A stretch of 62,873 bases of DNA from Bacteroidota bacterium (GTDB taxonomy: Bacteria > Bacteroidota > Bacteroidia > Bacteroidales > Porphyromonadaceae). The notes beneath the pieces are model-generated. The model saw only the letters and a program-made list of their open reading frames with translations, was not told the DNA's origin and did no database searches. Positions 59,072 through 62,873 of this stretch are shown here, piece by piece. Position 1 is the first letter of the stretch; each line of letters opens with the position of its first letter. The stretch lies in the NCBI GenBank assembly GCA_023388555.1, contig JAEWGA010000036.1, positions 1 through 62,873 of the forward strand, given 5' to 3'. Both the position numbers and the translations under genes were made by a program.

Positions 59072-59785
59072 ATGAAGAAGTTTATCTTATCTTCTGCCGT
59101 AGCTCTGTGTGCAATGGCTATGGCTTCTTGTAGCAACCTCGGAGGCTCCGCCTCTATTAAAACAAGTGCCGACTCTGCCGCTTACGCTATTGGCTTGGTT
59201 AATGGGCAAATGTTTGCTAACTCCCTAACACAAATCCCTGGCGACTCTATCGACAGGAAAGTACTCGTAGAAGGATTAAAAGACGCCTTATATAACGAAA
59301 AAGGCATCTTCACCGCCGAGGATGCTCAAACATTCTTGCAAACCTACTTCGAGCGTGTCGACAAACAAATACGCGAGCGCAACGAAAAAGAAGGTACCGA
59401 CTTCCTCGAGTCCAACAAAACTGCCGAAGGCGTACAAACTACCGAAAGCGGCCTGCAATACAAAGTGGACAAAATGGGCGAAGGGGAAAAAGCTACCTCT
59501 GCTTCCGATACCGTAGTAGTACACTACAAAGGTTCTACCCTGGACGGGAAAGTGTTCGACTCTTCTTACGACCGTAACGAGCCCGCCACATTCCCTCTGG
59601 ACCGCGTTATAAGCGGTTGGACAGAAGGGTTCCAACTAATACCTGCCGGCTCTACCTTCACCTTGTGGATTCCTGCAAACTTGGCTTACGGTGACCGTGC
59701 TCCAGCCGAAATAGGACCTAACCGCGTTCTACGCTTCGACTGCGAACTGTTGGAAGTTCACCACGCAAAAGCAGAAAAAAAATAA
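59072..59785 (+). CDS. FKBP-type peptidylprolyl isomerase, lipoprotein
   Basis: Lipobox MASC; SGLQY, HYKG..LDG.VFDSS, VISGWTEG. Confidence 0.95.
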   Translation: MKKFILSSAVALCAMAMASCSNLGGSASIKTSADSAAYAIGLVNGQMFANSLTQIPGDSIDRKVLVEGLKDALYNEKGIFTAEDAQTFLQTYFERVDKQIRERNEKEGTDFLESNKTAEGVQTTESGLQYKVDKMGEGEKATSASDTVVVHYKGSTLDGKVFDSSYDRNEPATFPLDRVISGWTEGFQLIPAGSTFTLWIPANLAYGDRAPAEIGPNRVLRFDCELLEVHHAKAEKK

Positions 59786-59823
59786 AACCGTAGGCACATA
59801 ACCTACAAACCTTAAAATACCCC

Positions 59824-59869
59824 AAAGGGCGAGCATAGGAGTAGCTTTTCCATGCTCGCCCTTTTCTTA
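59824..59869 (+). terminator. Intrinsic terminator
   Basis: aaagggcgagcat / atgctcgcccttt stem with T-rich tail. Confidence 0.8.
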
Positions 59870-60035
59870 TTCCACACAAACGCCCATTAATTATACGTCA
59901 TAACAAATTATACTACCTTGCTCGGCAGTATAAAGCATGGTGATTATAAGCTACGAGAAAGGAGATTGGAAGAGGTCACTATGTAACTAAAAGTTAAAAA
60001 AGAAAAAACAACACGACAATAAAGGGGAAGTTAGG

Positions 60036-60043
60036 TATCTTTG
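60036..60043 (+). promoter_or_regulatory. Bacteroidota -7 promoter element
   Basis: TATCTTTG upstream of the collagen-like lipoprotein gene. Confidence 0.55.
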
Positions 60044-60152
60044 TAGCAGTCTGGCCGTAGTGTATACACTTATAATCTCACACCTTTTTACACAAGAGCT
60101 ACGGATAGGCAATTTTGTGAGTAACAATTATTTATCTATAAAACCTCATCGT

Positions 60153-62669
60153 ATGAAGAAGCTCAAACAATGCGTCCTAAGCTTCTTGGCTGTGAGCCTT
60201 GTGGCTTTGGCTACGGGCTGCGCAGAAATGAAGTACGATCTCCCGGCAAGTCCTAAAGGAGATCCCGGAGCATCAGCTTATGAACAGTGGAAAACGGAGG
60301 TGTTAGGCGATGTTATCGACTGGCCTAAGGAGTCCGTTTCCATAGCCGACTATATCTCCTACCTTAAAGGTGGGCGGGGTAAGGACGGGGTATCCGCCTA
60401 TGCCGCTTGGCGTGCGTTGGTGGACGAAGGTAAAATAACCGTACCCGGAGCCCCTAACACTACATGGCCTAAGGACCGGACATCGGAGACCGACTTCTGG
60501 GCTTATTATACCGGCAGGAATGGCAACTTCCCCACCATCGACCCCCAAACAGGGCGTTGGCGTATGCCCTCCGCTACCGAAGAGCCAGGAGAACTAACCG
60601 ATAAGATTGCCGTTATTAATCCCGGAAAAGATGCTTACGACGTTTGGGTTGAGCAAGTAAAAAACGGAACAATACAATGGCCTAAAGAGCAAACCTCGAA
60701 GCCCGACTTTTTCCGTTACTTCAAAGGGAAAGCCGCCGATGACCCCGAAATAGAGAATGGTCACTGGAAGATTGGCGAAAACACCTACGGACCAGTTATT
60801 GGGCTTACCCCTTACGAGCAGTGGAAAAAGGATGTGGAGGGAAACAAGGCGGTGGACCCCAAAACAGGGCAGCTATGGCCTAAAAACAAAACTTCCATTG
60901 CCGACTTTTTCCAATTCCTGAAAGGGAAGAATGGCGTTAAAGGAGACTCCGCATACGAAACATGGAAAAAAGAGGTGGAAAAAGGTACCATGGAGATGCC
61001 GCATAACCCTGGCACTATGTGGGCAAGGGACGACTCCAGCACGCAGGCCTTTTACCGTTACTTGGTTGGTCAACCTGGGCAAGATGGCCCACAAGGACCA
61101 GAGGGAGAAAAGGGTGACAAAGGGCCTCAGGGGGATAAGGGAGACACAGGCGCACCCGGTAAAGATGGTAAGGATGGCCTCTCGGCTTACGACCTTTGGA
61201 AGCAAGAGCTTAAAAAGAAAGCCAACACGCCCCAAGCCTTACGGAACAACGAAACCGATGAGCCTTGGCCCGTGGATGCCGATAGCAAGGAGGACTTTTA
61301 CCAATACTTGGTAGGACGCCCCAGCAAACCCGGAGCCGATGGTCGCCCAGGAAAACCTGGAGAACCTGGAAAAGACACCGAGGTAGTGCTTGGCGTACCC
61401 AACGTTATTGCACAATACTTTTTCCAACCCTTAGGCGAGTATGTACGTACCACCGATGGCGGTGTACTTTACACCGTTTACGACATCGAGGGGTCTATAG
61501 CCAAAGCTGGAACAAAAGTTAAGGGACTGCCTGGCGTTGCCCCCGAAAAAGAGTACACAACCAACGAACAAGGGCAATTTATTGTACCTCGTGAAGATTT
61601 ACCTTTGGTGGAACCTGTAGACCAACGCTGGGGGCGCACCACCTCGGTAACATTCCCCGGAGAATCACCTATGCAATCCGCTGAAAATACCTACGTGCCT
61701 AATCCTATTGAAGCACGTTTTGTAACACCCGAAAAAGGGGGGCGCGCAGTTATATATTCAATCTCAAATAAAATATACACTTATCCCGTATTCCAACGCC
61801 GCACCCTGCCAAACGGAGAATGGGAATTGTTTCCTAAAGATTTACCACATGCGGATGACAAATTGATTGAATATGAACATTGGATTTTTACAGATCCAAA
61901 TGACATGGAAGGCTCCAGAATATTCCAGCTAAGAATGGAAGGTTATAGGGGATTAGATTCATCTCATGCAGGAGGGTTGGGTCCCACCAGATATATGATA
62001 AAAAATCCGTATGGAATAAAACAAATCAACATGAGCATATACCCCTATTATCCTGAAGGAAAAACGGTATACTATGCGATTAAAACCAGAGAAGATTTGT
62101 ATGGCCAAAAATTATTCTGGAACGATTGGATAGAAATGCCACCTGCTCAGGTTGCACCTAAATTAGTAAAGCTATCTCTCCATGGTCTAAACAAAGGGAC
62201 AAAGACTTTTTCTCGGGTTATGGGAGAGTTAGACTTCAGTGACTTGGATATGAATCACATCCTCAAACAAAGGGAAATGGTCAAAGGTGCAATTCCTGGC
62301 CCAAATCCAAGTAATACTGCTGGTATTTTATGGAAACCTGTTTATTACACCCCAGAAGAGGCACAGAAAGCAGGTATATGCTACATACTGTTCCGAGGAA
62401 AAACATCAGGAGGCAACCAAAATGCCAGCAACTACGAAAGCCCCAACAGTGCTACAAATAAGACATTTAATATCATATCTGTAGCAGAAGAGTGTGACAT
62501 CTATGTAATAGGTCGTCAGGGTGGGACGAAAAATTCCTTCTCGTCCAACTATTGGGAGGTATCAACACTCAAAATTGGAACATTGAAAAAGAGAGGAGAG
62601 GGCGACTATTACATTGAAAAAGCTTATCCAGAGCTTCCTGAAGTTAAAGTGGAGTATAAGCCATACTAA
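60153..62669 (+). CDS. Collagen-like repeat surface lipoprotein
   Basis: Lipobox LATGC; six G.SAYE.W...WP....S..DF..YL.G repeats; Gly-X-Y runs at ~61068-61181 and ~61332-61373. Confidence 0.8.
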   Translation: MKKLKQCVLSFLAVSLVALATGCAEMKYDLPASPKGDPGASAYEQWKTEVLGDVIDWPKESVSIADYISYLKGGRGKDGVSAYAAWRALVDEGKITVPGAPNTTWPKDRTSETDFWAYYTGRNGNFPTIDPQTGRWRMPSATEEPGELTDKIAVINPGKDAYDVWVEQVKNGTIQWPKEQTSKPDFFRYFKGKAADDPEIENGHWKIGENTYGPVIGLTPYEQWKKDVEGNKAVDPKTGQLWPKNKTSIADFFQFLKGKNGVKGDSAYETWKKEVEKGTMEMPHNPGTMWARDDSSTQAFYRYLVGQPGQDGPQGPEGEKGDKGPQGDKGDTGAPGKDGKDGLSAYDLWKQELKKKANTPQALRNNETDEPWPVDADSKEDFYQYLVGRPSKPGADGRPGKPGEPGKDTEVVLGVPNVIAQYFFQPLGEYVRTTDGGVLYTVYDIEGSIAKAGTKVKGLPGVAPEKEYTTNEQGQFIVPREDLPLVEPVDQRWGRTTSVTFPGESPMQSAENTYVPNPIEARFVTPEKGGRAVIYSISNKIYTYPVFQRRTLPNGEWELFPKDLPHADDKLIEYEHWIFTDPNDMEGSRIFQLRMEGYRGLDSSHAGGLGPTRYMIKNPYGIKQINMSIYPYYPEGKTVYYAIKTREDLYGQKLFWNDWIEMPPAQVAPKLVKLSLHGLNKGTKTFSRVMGELDFSDLDMNHILKQREMVKGAIPGPNPSNTAGILWKPVYYTPEEAQKAGICYILFRGKTSGGNQNASNYESPNSATNKTFNIISVAEECDIYVIGRQGGTKNSFSSNYWEVSTLKIGTLKKRGEGDYYIEKAYPELPEVKVEYKPY

Positions 62670-62685
62670 TCTGAACCATATCGTT

Positions 62686-62873
62686 ATGAAACGCATTACC
62701 TATACATCTTTATACTTAGGGTTGGCTCTGGCTATTGGCTTCGCCAGTTGTAACCGTGTGGACAACTGGATGCCTAAGGGCGACCCTGGAGACCCTGGAG
62801 CCTCTGCCTACGAAATTTGGAAAGAAGAACTGAAAAAAGGCAACATAGCAGGATTAAACCCGCAGGAATCCAC
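62686..62873 (+). CDS. Second collagen-like repeat lipoprotein, 3'-truncated by the window edge; not in the ORF track
   Basis: Own translation: MKRITYTSLYLGLALAIGFASCNRVDNWMPKGDPGDPGASAYEIWKEELKKG..., same lipobox and repeat. Confidence 0.8.
   Translation, partial: MKRITYTSLYLGLALAIGFASCNRVDNWMPKGDPGDPGASAYEIWKEELKKGNIAGLNPQES

Noticed and set aside
18075..60153. Long N-terminal extensions in the ORF track (skp 18656, purF 33930, cysS 35898, uvrD 41261, kdsB 51876, 53463, 55145, 60060)
   Set aside because: Downstream ATGs match family N-termini, and some extensions overlap promoter elements or upstream genes.
402..62484. Numerous short antisense or nested ORFs
   Set aside because: They are shadows of well-supported genes with no independent evidence.

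Overview
Bacteroidales chromosome segment, most likely Porphyromonas-like. This is inferred from gene content, lipoprotein signal peptides and repeated TAnnTTTG promoter elements. It has three parts. (1) 1-~13.3 kb is an accessory island that looks like a polymorphic toxin locus. It opens with the 3' part of a large HExxH-metallopeptidase/pre-toxin/PD-(D/E)xK-nuclease protein and its putative immunity gene. A decayed array follows: a duplicated immunity pseudogene with an IS3-like end, a TANFOR-like/FN3 carrier N-terminus joined through one in-frame TAA to a hidden TNT (NAD+ glycohydrolase) tip, a third toxin-tip remnant, and two more candidate immunity genes. Each immunity gene is followed by the 5' end of the same PKD-lipoprotein gene. 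The island ends with an intact PKD lipoprotein, a plug-less outer-membrane beta-barrel and an orphan SusD. (2) 13.6-59.8 kb is mostly housekeeping: DUF4301, aminopeptidase P, gamma-CA, skp-skp-bamA-uppS-DUF6242, tRNA-Pro(GGG), GT2/deacetylase/GT87, purF-carA-carB, cysS, GH13, truA, uvrD, murB, GH20, ABC transporter, dnaG, kdsB, DtxR-FeoA with split FeoB, CDF, rnhB and two FKBPs. Oddities here include a CarA lacking its catalytic Cys and His, a bamA operon with no porG, a structured 5' leader and a repeat-rich intergenic element. (3) 60.1 kb to the end encodes tandem collagen-like repeat lipoproteins. All family calls come from motif recognition by eye; no database searches were run.
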